Part shown: in pieces, positions 10,201 through 23,403 of the stretch
How the letters are laid out: every line of letters starts with the position of its first letter
Numbering within the stretch: position 1 is the first letter of the stretch
Source of the DNA: Chiloscyllium plagiosum
Lineage: Eukaryota
NCBI RefSeq assembly: GCF_004010195.1
Contig: NC_057758.1
Span: 9,491,611-9,526,199 of the forward strand
Direction: 5' to 3'
DNA: 34,589 nt
Program-made: the position numbers and the translations under genes
Notes under the pieces: generated by a model
What the model saw: only the letters and a program-made list of their open reading frames with translations
Database searches by the model: none
What the model was told of the DNA's origin: nothing

Positions 10201-10598
10201 TTTTCTCTCTGGAGAGAAGGAGGAAGAGAGGAGACCTGATCGAGGTGTATAAATTTATGAGGAATAGATAGAGTCAATAGCCAGAGACCTTTACCCAGGG
10301 CAGGATTGACAGGTACGAGAAGCCATAGCTTAAGCTATTAGGCGGAAGGTACAAATGAGACGTCAGAGGTAGGTTCTTTACGCAGCGTTGTGAATTCATG
10401 GAATGCGTTGCCAGCTGAGGTGGTGGAAGCAGAGTGCTTGGGGACATTTAAGCGACTGCTGAGCATGCACATGGGTTGAAGTCAGTTGAGGGATGTGTAG
10501 GTTAAGTTACTATATTTTACATTAGGATTAAATCTCGGCACAACATCGTGGGCCAAACAGCCTTTTCTATGCTGTACTTTTTTATGTTCTATGTTCTA
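7220..10598 (+). mobile_element. CR1/HER1-type LINE: end of ORF1, near-complete but disrupted ORF2 (APE endonuclease + RT) and 3' tail
   Basis: ORF1 end D.LHLN*TGTNVLGGRFA. EN motifs CFNARSIRNK, DIVAITETW, MGDFNFP, PTRGETILDLVL, SDHN. RT motifs QHGFVRGRSCLTNL, YVDFSKAF, KFADDTK (9691). Tail (TATGTTC)n at ~10583-10598. Several frameshifts and stops. Confidence 0.95.
9082..9404 (+). mobile_element. HE1-type tRNA-derived SINE, full length, inserted in the CR1 RT
   Basis: GGGCGGCACGG head, A box TGGCACAGTGG, B box GGTTCAATTCC, core TGTGGAGTTTGCACGTTCTCCCCGTGTCTGCGTGGGTTTCCTCCGGG, CR1-like tail and (TAATC)n. TSD GTGTCA at 9076-9081 and 9405-9410; removing it restores EFFEKVSRQVD. Confidence 0.92.
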
Positions 10599-11603
10599 AA
10601 TGTCACCATGTGATGTATTTTTCTAGTGCAACTATAGTATCAATATACTGGCCAGTAGTTGTTATGGTCCTATGCTGTGCAGGTTGTCCAGTTTACTGGA
10701 TAGTATTCTAGAGAGGTCTACACAGCTATCCATATTGGGCAGTCACCTTGTCCCACGTTATGGTGTCCGGACTGGTTCTGTAAGTCAGATCCACAATTTG
10801 ATGTAAAAAACTATTTCATCTGATTTGGCAATGCATTCATTTAATGTTCTCATTCTGGTGATATGCACCCTTCAGGTCTCACTCCTCCAGTCAGTCCCAG
10901 TTGCCTGTCTTTATCACAGTACTTTCACATGTTCGCAGTTAATCCATCTTCCGTTTTTATATTTAATGTGAATCGTTCTGTTCCTCCATATATTTTCCTG
11001 GCCTTGATTTTGAGCTCTCTAGTGTATCAATTATTGGCATCTTGAAGCTCAGAAACAATGAAATGGTGTATGTCGGGCTGTTGCTCACTTCCACATATGA
11101 GCCGTACGGTGCTCCATGTTGGACATCAAGTTTCAGCAGCTCTTACTCACCTCTTTGAAACTTTGTTGTAACTGTCCACAGAACGCCTGTGTTTGTCCCT
11201 CTCAGCTGATCGTATAGTCAGTACCACAAGAAACTCAATCGAATATTATTGTGAAAGACCGGGCATCTAATATATGTGCATGGCTCAGATAAAAAGGGAG
11301 ACGTGAGGATTTGGTGCTGCAACTCTGGATGTAGCATGGGGACTGCGGTTATAGCATTTGGGTCGGCACCATAAATTTTAAAAATGGCTACTGAGAGAGT
11401 AAGCTCTGAAACCACGGAGAGAGTTTGTGAGTGGGACAGGGATTTGCCGTATCCATCCCGGGTTTTCCAAGGACATCTTCTTAAGCTACGCTTAACTGAA
11501 GAGTAAGGTGTGAAGGGAAACTTGATTGAACAAGAAGCTGATCACAGTGCGATGTCGTCTTCTTCCAAACGAACTGTAGCTTCACACCATGGGGAGGAAG
11601 GTA

Positions 11604-11868
11604 CTGCCATTGGCTGTTAGGGTCACAATTTCATTCAGCTTCTATGATCCGGGGTTATCCTCCCACACTTGCTGTGTAGATCTTTTGTTGGGCTTAATAT
11701 TTCATTGAAAAACGTAATCAGAACACAAGAACGAGGAGCTATTGAACTCCTAGAGCCTGATTCAGCATTTGATACAGTTATGGCTGATCGCATCTTAGCC
11801 TCCCTTCAGATTCATGCTAATCTGCCATTGGCTGTTAGGGTCACAATTTCATTCAGCTTCTATGATCC
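11604..11868 (+). repeat. Perfect 47-bp direct repeat (11604-11650 and 11822-11868)
   Basis: CTGCCATTGGCTGTTAGGGTCACAATTTCATTCAGCTTCTATGATCC occurs twice with no mismatch. Confidence 0.95.
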
Positions 11869-12950
11869 ACTTAATGTATCAGTAGTCTTGAAGTCTAGGG
11901 TAGTGAATTCCTTGGTTGATAAAAATTTCACAGGAATAATTTCACCTCACCTCTCCTTAAATCTGCTACACTATATCCAAAATCTATGACCTCTTATTCT
12001 AGATTGCTCTACATGAAGAAACATCCTCTCTGCATCTACGTTACCAATTCCTTTAACGTGTTACGTATCTTGATTAGATCTTCTCTCATTCTTCTAAACT
12101 CCAGAGAGCATAAGATTGAATTGCTCCATCTCTCCGTATAACACAAAGCCGTTTTCTTGGAAACCGACCTGTTCTGACCTTCCCACAAATACATCCCTCG
12201 TCCCCAACACTACACAGGGTGCTCGAACTGCGGTCTCACTAATTCCTTGCATAAGTGCAGTCACTTCTCTACTTTTAAGATACTTTCCTTTTGGAATAAT
12301 TGTAGAAATTCCATTTTTCTTCCATATTACCTGCTGTACCCGTGAGTTATTTTTCTGCAGTTCATGAACGAGAACACCCAGATCTTCTGCGCTGTAGCAC
12401 TCTAAAGCTTCTCGTCATTTTGATAATAAACTGCTTTTCTATTCGTCTGACCAAAATACACATCGTCAGACTTACCAACATTAAATTTCAGCTGTGATAT
12501 TTTGGCCCTTTAATCTAATTTTTCAAGACATTTGTAGTTGTCTTATTTCTTCCTTGCAACTTCCATTCAAAGCTATTTCAGCATCATCTGAAAAGTTGAT
12601 TATTGCATTTTCCATGTCTTTATCCATGTCATTAAAATATATCGGAAATAGTTGGGGGCCTGAGTACCAAACCCTTTGGCACCACATGAGTTTCATCTCA
12701 TTTATCCCATCTCTCTGCATTTTTTTTTGTATATTCAATCCGCCATCCAAACTAATAAATGGCAGTAAATGCCACGTGATCTAATCTTGCATGTCAGTAT
12801 TTGATGCAGCATATTATGGAATGCCTTCTGGACGTCTCGATACTCTACACCTGCAGGATCTCCGTTATCCAGCTTGTTTGTCATCTGTTCAATGAACTCG
12901 AGAGAATTGCTCAACCACTATTAATCCTTTAGAAAACATTGCTGATGCTG
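11715..12950 (-). mobile_element. Old CR1 LINE 3' part (RT to tail)
   Basis: Minus ORF ..GPQLFPIYFNDMD..IINFSDDAEI.. (degenerate FADD); tail GAACACAAGAAC at ~11721. Confidence 0.8.
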
Positions 12951-13699
12951 ATGAAGCGGGGTTCGATTTGCAAAATTAATTTTATCAATGGATTCGAGCA
13001 ATTCCCCCTCAATTTTAGTAGCTTCTCAAAACGTTTAATTCCCCTACTATTTCATATTATTTTTAGTTCCTCCTTTTCTATAATCTTAGGATTCCTTTCT
13101 AATTCTTGTCTAACAGACATAAGTAGGTTAAAAGATATAATCCAATTGCTGTGTAAGAGACTTGTCTAGCTGAATGGCCTCATTCTTTTTGTAGTTTATA
13201 AACATGATATGGAAGGTTCTCCTTGTGTTGCGATGTCATAGGCTGTCGGGCCTAAATACCACGCTCCAGTTAGTAAGTAAGAGGCTGAAGTTCTGACGAT
13301 CCTACTCCTGTTCCGTGTAAGAGGCTAGAATTGTTATGGAATCTTCCTCATGTGCAACAGTTTGAGAGGCTGAAGGGTCTCCTTATATTCCTCCACAACA
13401 AGCTGCAGATACTGAACAGTCTAGTCCTGTATCCCTGAAAATTGCTTCGAGGGACTGATTGGTCATCTGTTCCCATACAACAAACACGTGACAAAATCAA
13501 GTCCTCCTTCCCAATATTAGTTTGGAAAGAGTTTATATCCTTCCTCAATTCCCATGCAACAGGCTGGTTGTGCTGTTAGTCTGTCTTATTCCAGTGTACA
13601 ATCCGTCATTATTTTGTGGCTTCCTCTTGCCAATTGGACACATAATTGACTTAAAGGCAGGAGACAGAGTGGAATTGAGGCAGGTTCCTTTACCGAATA

Positions 13700-14640
13700 G
13701 AAGTCTGTGACAAGTGGGTCCCCTTTCATTCGGCATTTATATAAATTTAGGTTAGAATATAGAGGCCATGATTCATAAGTTTGCAGACGACACCACAATG
13801 GGTGAAATAGTAAACGGCAAAGAAGGCTTTCTAAGATTATAAAGGAATCTTGATCAAATGGATCAAAAGGCTGAGAACTGACAGATGGAGTTCAAGCTGG
13901 ATAAATGCAAGACATTTCATTTTGGTGCAACAAGCAAGGGAGGGCTTATAAAATTAATTCTAAGGTTTGTGTAGTGTTGTAGAGCAGAGGTTGCAGGTGC
14001 ATAATTGTTTGAACTTTGCATCACATGTTGACAGGATCGTCGAAAAGCCATTTGGTATGCCTGCCTTCAAAGCTCAGTCCTTTGAGTACAGGATTTGGGA
14101 AGCCATGTTGAGATTGTACAGAATATTGGTTATACCTCTTCTGGAATACTGAAGAACTTTATAAAACTGTAGAAAGTTTCAAGAGTCTCACCAAAACATT
14201 GCAGCTATGGCAGTATGGGTTATAAAGAAAGATTGGATAGTCTGAGATTTCCTTCATTGGAGCATAGGAATTGGGAAGTGACCTGATAGAAATCTCTAAA
14301 ATAATAAGGAGCATAGATAGAGTTGATGACCGTTGTCTTTTCTCAAAGATGGAAATTTCAAGACTTGTGGGCACATTTCTAAAGTGAGATGAGAGAGGTT
14401 TAAAAAGCTATGAGGTTTTTTTTTAACAGAGGGCGGTTCGAGTGTGGAATAAACTTCCTGAGGAAGTTATGGTTGCAATGACAATGTTCAAAAAACATTT
14501 GTACGGATTCATGAAGAGGATAATTATGGAGGGGTATGGGGCAGAAGCAGGCAGGTAGGACTAGTTTGGTTTGGGATTATGTTTGGCGTGGACTGGTTCG
14601 ACCAGTGGGTCTGTTTCCATGCTGTATGACTCTATGACTT
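13700..14640 (+). mobile_element. CR1/HER1 LINE 3' part
   Basis: AAGTTTGCAGACGACACC (KFADDT), ..LRLYRILVIPLLEY, tail GGGTCTGTTTCCATGCTGTATGACTCTATGACT. Confidence 0.88.
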
Positions 14641-15339
14641 TCTGTGTTGCAGACTTGAAGAGTCTGAATGAACTGATACTGTCACTTTATGTTAGAGTAC
14701 TGGTGCTGCATGGCCGACACTGGGTCCAGTGTTTTAGGTTCGAGGGGATAATTGGCCTCATCCTGTAACTGTATATCAAGCTCCAGGCGTTGAATGGCCC
14801 TGTTCAAATGCTGGTGTAGCATGATCCAAGACCTGAAAAAGTGTTTGTTGTTGTGTAAAAATAAGATGATATTTCACTCGTGTAATCTCCAATGGGCTTT
14901 GGATCGACCTGACCATCCTTTCCTTAAAGATTGACGCCTTCATTGCAGGTATCAATTAAGGAAACCTTCTCTGAGTTGCTTCCAATGCGACAATATTCCT
15001 CCTTCAGTGAAAGAGAATAAATCTGTAAACGCTACTCCAGATGTGATCTCACTAAGACCCTGTGCAGTGTCAGCAACACTTTGCCAGTATGCTGTGAGTT
15101 CCCACCCAAATTGGAGCTGCTTCAGGTCTCTACAAGAATGCACAGCATTGTTGAAAATTCATTCTCCTTCTCTACTCCACTAGCATAACGGGAGCTCTGG
15201 TGAAAATGTTGCAATGGCGTTTGAGAATGGATATCATGCGGTTAGTTGATGCCCAGGCCCAGAGAGTACGCAGCCATCATCTCGCCTGAAAACATCATTA
15301 ATCTCCCCACTGCCCACCTCGTTCAGGTTCAACAGAATC

Positions 15340-17130
15340 TGGTAAGGTGGAGCTTAGAAACAGTAAGGGAAAGCAAACATTAATGGGACTTGTTTATCAA
15401 AGTCCAAGTGTAATACCAATGGTGTGCATATTGTAAAACAGGAAACCAGATATCCAAGCTTATGGATACTGCAATAATGATGGACAAATTCAACTTGCAT
15501 TTAGCCTTTGTTAATTGAGGTAAATGCTAGCGTTGGAAAAATGGATTTCATGCGCGTGTATAGTTGGTTTACTTAAACTGTATGTTGAGCAGGGAGAGAC
15601 AGATCAGCTTCCTGTGGATATGATGTTACGTAATCAGAAGAGCTAATTGAAAATCATGTTACAATGGAAATTTTGAGAGCAGTGATCGTAATATATTAAA
15701 ATTCATATGATGTCTAAAAAGATAACAGTTTTTATTTTGAAACTGTTGTAAACCTGAGTTCGTCAAGCCATTAAGTAATGCCAGCAAGTTGCCTTCAGTG
15801 AGCTGGACAAGTACATGAAAAGAATTGAAGGAAGACAGGCATTGCGTGTAACTGAAAGAGTTAATTTAAAATGTATAATGTTCACATATACCTCCAAGCT
15901 ACAAATATGAAAACAGAAAGGTTGTTCAACGATTGTTAAAAGAAGTTAAAGATTATATTAGATCAAAGGAAACGGCTCAGAAAATTGTAGGATATTGTGG
16001 TGAACCACAGATTCAGAGAAACGTAGGACCTAGCAAAGGAGGACTGAGAAACTGACAATAAAATCAAAAAGAGAACTTGAACACAAACTAAGAAGAAGCA
16101 TTAAGTCTGCAAAAAGCTTCTATCGGTACTTGAAAGTGAAAACAAAAGCAAGTTCAAATGTGGAGCTGTGAATGAGCGGACAGGATAATTTGTTGTACAG
16201 GACAGAAAAAAGTACATGTAAACCAAATATTTACTGTCTATATCTTCATGGAGAAACATCCAGAAAATCTACGGAAATGCCAATTGACCATGGGCTTAGT
16301 GCAACTAAAGAATAAAATCATTCATATCAGTGATAGGGTAGCATTTGAAAACATATGCGGATTGAGCTTTGGTCAGTCTGAAGGACCAGATGCACTCCAT
16401 ACAATAATTATGGAGGAAGTAAAAATTGCCATGTTGATTGCATTGGGGATCACTGTGTTACTTACCTGCACATTCTGCAAAGGCAAGAAGCCATTCTATA
16501 TAACTGGAAAGTTATAAACATAATCTGATTATTCAGCAGGGGAAGAAGAGGGAGAGTGTAAAACGACAGGTCAAGTAACTTGTTATCCATCGTAAGGAAT
16601 CTGTCGGAATGCATAGTAAAGGATGTGAGAATGGATATTTAGAAAGTAACATCAAAATTGGAGAGAATGATAACTCATTTATGGAAGGAAAGGTATAATT
16701 GACAAACTTTGTTTGCATTAATTTGAAGATGTTTCTTGTAACCATAGGTAATAGAGACCAAGTGGATTCAATATATTTTGATATTCAGGAGGATTTATTT
16801 TAAGAACTCACATCGTGAGTTAATAAACGGAAATAGAACGAAGGTTTTGAGAGGGAGACGTTAGGTTGACCGTCATCTAAGGAGAATTGGAATACAGAAG
16901 TAAATGCGTCCTGCACAAGTTACACAGAGTGTTGGTGAGACTGTACCTGGAATATTGTGCTCAATTTGGTGTCTTAAATTAAGACAGAATATGCTGACCA
17001 CAGAGGAAGTGCAGAGGATATTTTCCAGATTAACCCCTCAAATGGCAAGATTATCCAATGAGAAAACACAGTCTGTGTTCTCTAGTGTTTCAAATAATAA
17101 GAGGTGAACGCAGTGAAAATTAGAAAATTC
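15340..17130 (+). mobile_element. Highly decayed CR1 ORF2 (EN to RT, internally deleted)
   Basis: Remnants of MG.FNLH, SDH (AGCAGTGATCGTAATA), KSFYRY (AAAAGCTTCTATCGGTAC), GPDALH, and LEYC (CTGGAATATTGTG). Confidence 0.65.
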
Positions 17131-17159
17131 CCTTAGTAGAGACAGATGAACACTGGGAC

Positions 17160-18860
17160 ATAGAGTAATGTTATTAAGCAGGGTTAGGGGTAATCCCAAG
17201 ATTTTGTACACGTACATAAAGTGCAACAGAATGACCAGGGAACAATAGGCCCCCCTACAAATCAGGAGAAATCTGTACGTGAAGCTGCAGGACGTTGACA
17301 GATTGTTCCATGAGAGCTTTGCATCTGTTTTACTTGGGAGAAGAAGGATGCAAGTATAGAATTCAAGAAGATGGACTGTGAAGATCTTGAGCAGATTGAT
17401 ACAAGACGTGAGCAGGGATTGATGATTTTAGCTGGTATGAAATTGGACAAATCTCAATTCCAGATGAATTGTATCCCAGACTCATGTGCCAGACGAGAGA
17501 TAACAGGTCATGTTATAAATTTCGGACAGAATTTGGGGACGGGAAGAGTGGGTGGGGAGAGGGGGAAGGGGTAGGAGCCGAGTCGAGAACAGGTAATGTG
17601 GTTCCACTTTACAGGAAGGATGGTGAAGATAGACCGAGGAACAACAGATCAGTGAGTACCAGATCAATATTAGGGAAACGATTGGAGAAAATTAGGAAGG
17701 AGAAAATTGATCTTCATTTCGAGAAGCAAGGTATGATCAGGGATAGTTAATCTGACGTTTTCAGAGGGAAGCCATCCCGAACGAAATTTGTGGATTTTTT
17801 TGGAGGAGGCCGTTTATGTTGTCTTTCAGGAAGGCATTTGACGAAGTCCTACACGGGGAACTGGTCAAAAAAGTAAACCCGCATGGTCTCAAGGATAAAT
17901 ATGCAAGTTACGTTCAAAATTGTATTAGTGGCAGGAGACGTAAGATGTTGGTATAACGTTGTTTGTGTGACTGGAGACCAATCTACGGCGTGTGCCACAG
18001 GGATCTGTGCTGTGTTCCTTATTATTTGTGGTCTTCATAAATGACGTGGATGTCAATGTGGACGGGGTTGGGGTGGGTGTGATAAGTAACACTATGTTTG
18101 ACAGACACATTCTCTGTGTTATTCTCAGTGAGGAGGAAGGTCTTATAATACAGGGATAAATAACATGGAATGGCCAGATGGGCAGGTCAATGACAGATGG
18201 AATTGAAATCTGATAAATGTAAGGTGATGCACTTTGGAAGAAGGGACCAGACAAGGATTACTAAATGAATGTCATCACACTCGGAAGCTCAGAATGTGAT
18301 TCTCTGCAGTTCCCTGAATATTATTAGAAAGGTTAATATGTTAGTTAAGAAAGCATAGGGATCCATAGGCAAAGCTTTTATTAATCGAGGAATAAATCAT
18401 AAAAGCTGTATACGACATTGATGGAGTACTAAATGGGTTTCTGGGCACCACATTACAGGAAGGATGTAATTTCATTGGAGGGGTTTCAGCAGAGATTGAC
18501 TGTGAAGAGAGTCTGGATACGCTTGAGTTGTTTGCTTTGGAGCAGAGAAGCCGGAGAAGGAGGAGATAATTCAGAATTATAAAATTGGAAGGGGCATGGA
18601 CAGGTTGGATAGACAGAAGCTGTTCCTTTTAGAAACGGGGCAAGAGCAACAGAACACAGTTTTAAAGTCAAGGGTTTCAGACTTAAGGTGAATTTGAGGA
18701 GTTTTTTCTTTCACCCAGTGTGCATAGGGAGAGGTTAATTGCAGTGGGCAACCTTGCAACCACTACAAAATACTTGGACAAGCTCTTAAGTGTCATAACA
18801 TTCACGCTACGGGCCTCGTGTCAGAAAGTGGCTGTAACATAGATGGTGCTGTCCATTCGT
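17160..18860 (+). mobile_element. Decayed CR1 ORF2 (RT and 3' end)
   Basis: NVVPLYRKDG..NNRSVS..ILGKRLEKI, F.KAFD.V.H (TTCAGGAAGGCATTTGACGAAGTCCTACAC), VPQGSVL (GTGCCACAGGGATCTGTGCTG). Confidence 0.8.
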
Positions 18861-18959
18861 CTTTGGAGAGTCTATGCTTCTATTAAAAAAAATAATCTTT
18901 TAAAGGAACACGCAAAGCTTTTTCTCCCTCGCACATTACAAACATCAATTCTGCAACAC

Positions 18960-20390
18960 ATCTGCTTCAATTCTGTCTTCACGGAAGAAAACAATTTTTT
19001 TTTTAAATCCAGCAATTCGACAAAACCTTAGCCTGTTGAGGAAAAGGGAAACTAGAATGAAATTAGCAATAAACGTTTTTGGAGGAATCATTTGGACTGA
19101 AAGTAATGGAAGTAGACAAAGTCAACATAGCTTCATGAAATAGGAAACATTTGAGAAAGCGACTGAGCGATAAATTATGTAGAAGCAATGGATGCAATGC
19201 ATTTGAATTTTCGTAAAGATTTTAGTTGCAGTCCCAAGTCTAATGTTCAAAATCAAATGTTATGGATTGTGGTTTTTGTGTGAGGGAGCTGACAGGAAAA
19301 TGTGAGTAGAAATAAAATAATGTTTGTTTTGAAATGGAAGGCACGAGGGATGTCACAGAGACTGCTGCCTGGACCCCAGCTATTCACAATACATATGAAA
19401 CATTTATTTGAGGGAATTAAATTCAATATTTCCAAGTCTGCTGACAACATTAAAATATGTCGGATTATGAGTGGTGAGGAGAATGTAAAAATGTTTCCAG
19501 GTGATTGATGAAAGTGGATTGAATTGGCAAGTACATGGCAGATGAAGAGGGATGTGGATAGATGTGATGTTGTGCATTTTTTGGGAAAAAATAGAATGAC
19601 AACCTTTCATTAGAAAAGGGATTGGTTGAAAAAAATTAATCTGTACACAGATATGGACACTTTTTTCTTCTGCGCCGACCTCCGAGTCTATGCAGAGCAA
19701 TGAGTTCTGAAACCAAAATTTAATCCTGCGACTGGCATTGGCATACTGAACAGTGAACATGCACCCACCAAGTTGGTCGCTGTAACATTGAAAAAGGATC
19801 TGGATCTCCTTGTAAATCAGTCACTGAAAGCAGCATTACACTAATAGAAAGAAGTTAGGAAGTAAAGTGGTATGCTGATCTTCTTTTCAATTGAATTTGA
19901 GTCGAGGAGTAAGGATGTCTTACAGAGGCAGTACAGGGTCTTGGTAGGCCTCATCTCGAACACTGTTCATTATATGTCCAGTTTTGTTGTCTTTACCGAA
20001 TAAATAACAAACTGACATTGAGGGATTGTAGCGAAGGATGAACAGACTAATCTCAGGGATGACAGGCTTTTTATGTGAGCGGCGTTTGGGTCGAATGGGA
20101 CTATTCCATGAGGTTTAGGAAAATATGTGTAAATCCCAGTAAAGTTTATAAGGCTATGAATAAGTGAGACTGATTGAAAGCAGGGACGATAATTCCCCTG
20201 GCTGGGACGTCTCAGACTAGGAGCCACATTATTAGACTAGGCAGGCACATTGCATTGAAATGAAAATATATATCTGTCCTCAGAGACTTCGTGAAATTGG
20301 AGGATTCTCTATCACATAAGGCTGTGGAAGCCAAAGTACTGTGTATAAAAAAGGATTTTTGGACATTAAATGGATGTCAGCAAGTTTCCC
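18960..20390 (+). mobile_element. Decayed CR1 ORF2 (RT and 3' end)
   Basis: SVFTEE, QH.F, GPQLFTIHM..ISKSADNIKI (degenerate FADD), C-terminal remnants to ~20385. Confidence 0.75.
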
Positions 20391-21774
20391 TCTGAAATAA
20401 CTATCTCGATGGTCAGCGAACACCGTTTTCAGCAGCAGCGACAGAGATGAGAGTGACGACCGGGGGCTGCCCAGAAGGTGAATATCCCTCGAAATGGACT
20501 TACTTCGAGAGTCAGCAGCCTTTTTTTCAGAAGCAGCGGGAGCTGTGAGAGCGAAGAGCTGAGTCAAAGTGGTCGAGTAAGGCTCTGGGAAGGTGAGTGA
20601 ACTGATATATTTGGGCAGTAGCTGAACCCGAAACACTACACATGTAATATCTCTTACCAGCCTTCCTCCTCTAACCAAAAACAAAACCTGAGCAGCCTTG
20701 ATTAGGTAAGATTTTTTTCTATTTCTTTTTTTATCGTGTGGTTGGTAAGAAAAAATATTTTGTTCTTTTTTGATTAATCTATTATTTGATATTGTAGTTG
20801 GACAAAGTTATACTTATGAGTAAAAATGGCAGGAGATATCATACCTGTATTATACACCCCCTGCTCAAAGTTGGATTCAAGTGTACAGATGATGTCCCGA
20901 CTCCTTCACGTACAGGAAGTGTGTCCAGCTGCAGCTCTTGTTAGATCACATGATCGCTCTGGATCTGCAGATGAAATCACTTTGGCGCATCCAGGATAAT
21001 GAGGAGGTCGTAGATATGACATTTAGTGAATTGGTCACACTGCCGAGTAGGATTGCTGAGGGAGAAAGGTAACGAGTGACCAAAATGCAGAGAAAGAGCA
21101 GGACGGAAGTGCAGGTGACCTCCGCGATCATCCCCCTTCAAAACAGGTATGCTACTTTGTGCAGTGTGGGGGGGAGATGATTCTCCTGGGGAAAGCAGCA
21201 GTAGCCAGGATCATGGCACTGTGACTGGCTCTGTCTTATAGAATGGCGGGAAAGAGTATAGAAAGGCTTTAGTAATAAAGAATTCAATTGGAACAGGAGT
21301 AGTCAGGCGGTTCTATAGTTGCAAACGAGACTCCTGAATGATATGATGTCTTCCAATTGCGTGGTCAGGAATGTTTTGGATCGGTTGCAGAACATTCTGC
21401 GGAACATTTTAAAGAGAAGTTGATTCGTGTGCAGGACAGATATGTCCCTGTGAAAATTAAGGATAGAAAGGCAAAATTTTAGGGAACCATGAATGATAGG
21501 TGAAATTGTGAGAGCAGCTAAAAGGAAAAGGAAGCATACATAAGGTGGAGGCCTCTTGAAACAGACGAAGCTATAAGAATATCGCGAAGTGAGGAATATG
21601 CAGGGCTAAAAGAGGTCATGAAACGTCTCTAGCAAACAGGGTTTATGAAAATCGCAAGCCTTATATTCAATATTAGGAGCAAAAGGGGAACTACCGAAAG
21701 AGTTGTCCCACTCAACGACAAAGGAGAAATGTTATGCGTGGAGTCAGAGAAAGTTTGCAAGAATCTTAATGAAT

Positions 21775-22318
21775 CTTGCGTGCAATTCTGGTCTCATTCC
21801 TATCGGAAAGATGTTGTGAAACTGGAAACGTTTCAGAAAAGATTGACAAAGATGTTGCCAGGGTTGGAGGGTTTGAGCTATAGAGCAAGGCTAAACAGGT
21901 TGGGGCTATTTTCCCTGGAGTGTTAGGAGGCTGAGGGGTGACCTTATAGAGGTTTACAAAGTTATGAGATGCATAAATAGGATAAATAGGCAAAGTTTAT
22001 TCCCTGGGGTGGGGGAGTCCAGACCTAGACGGCATAGGTTTAGGGTGAAAGGGGAAAGCTATAAAAGAGTCCTAAAGGGCAACTTTTCCACGCAGAGGAT
22101 GGTACATGTATGGACTGAGCTGTCAGAGGAACTGGTGGAGGCTTGTACAATTGCAACATTTAAAAGGTGTTTGGATGGGTATATGAATAGGAAGGGTTTG
22201 GAGGGATATGGATCGGGTACTGACAGGTGGGACTAGATTAGGTTGGGATATCTGATTGGCATGGACGGGTTGGACCAAAGGGTCTGTTTCCATGCTGTAC
22301 ATCTCTACGACTCTATGC
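21775..22318 (+). mobile_element. Younger 5'-truncated HER1/CR1 3' end nested in the older CR1
   Basis: CVQFWSHSYRKDVVKLE..LPGLEGLSY..WTELSEELVEA..; tail ACATCTCTACGACTCTAT. Host ORF2 (LNE|YF) resumes at ~22320. Confidence 0.88.
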
Positions 22319-23403
22319 GTACTTTCTATCATCATTCAGCGAGGAAAGGGACATGACAGCTGTTGAGTTTAGGGATAGATGTTTGTGTACTCTAAGTCAA
22401 GTAGACATAAGGAGGGAGGAAGTGTTGCATATTCTAAAATCATTACTGTCGACTGGTCCCCGGGTCCAAATGGGATTTGCCCCAAGTAGCTGAGGGAAAC
22501 GAGACAGAAAATAACCTGGCCCTTAACTGATATCTTTGCAGCATTCTTGAATACAGGCGAGGTCCTGGAGGACTGGAGAATTGCTGAAGTCGTCCCCTTA
22601 TTTAAGAGGTATAACAGGAAAATCCAGGTAATTATAGACTGGTAAGTCTGACGTTAGTGGTAAGGCTGCTGCTGGAGACAATGCTGAGGGATAGCATCGA
22701 TTTATATTTGGAGGAAAAGGGGCTTATCAATGATAGGCAACATGGCTTTGTGGAACAAAGCTCATGTCTTACTCTCTTAATAGAACTATTTTAGAACGTC
22801 ATAAAGTCGATAAGGGAAGGGCTGTAGATGTCAAATATGTGGACTTCAGTAAGACTTTTGATAAGGTCCCCATGGTAGGCTGATGGAGAAAGTGAAGTCG
22901 TATGGGATTCAGGGTGTTATAGCGAAATGGGCATAAGGGGACAGAGATTAGTAATGTAAGTGTGATACTCAAAATGTAGACCTGTGACCAGTAGCATCCA
23001 CAGATTTCTGTGTGCGACCACTGTTGTTTGTGATGTAAATGAATGATCTGGAGGAAGGTATAGGTGGTCTGATAAGCAAGTTTGCAGGTGACAACAATAT
23101 TAGTGGATTAGCAGATAGTGAAGAGGACAGTCAGGTCATGCAACAGAATATAGATCAATTAGATTGGAGAGTGAAATAGCAGATGGTATTCAATCCAGGC
23201 AAATGCGAACTGATGCATATTGAAATATGCAATTCAGTAGCGAACTATAATTTAAGTGGAAAAGCCATGGAGAAAATTCATGTGCAAAGAGATCTGGTGT
23301 TCAGTTCCATTGTACCCTGAAGATGGCAATGCAGGTCAATATAGTGGTCAAGAAGCCATATGGCAAGCTTCACTTCACCAGAAAGTGTATTGAGCAAAGC
23401 AGT

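Larger units (their letters stand above)
5201..11480 (+). repeat. Local duplication, copy 2, interrupted by two palindromic elements, a CA-rich tract and a 3.4-kb CR1
   Basis: 5201-6660 aligns by eye with 131-1290, and 10625-11480 with ~1430-2345. Confidence 0.8.
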
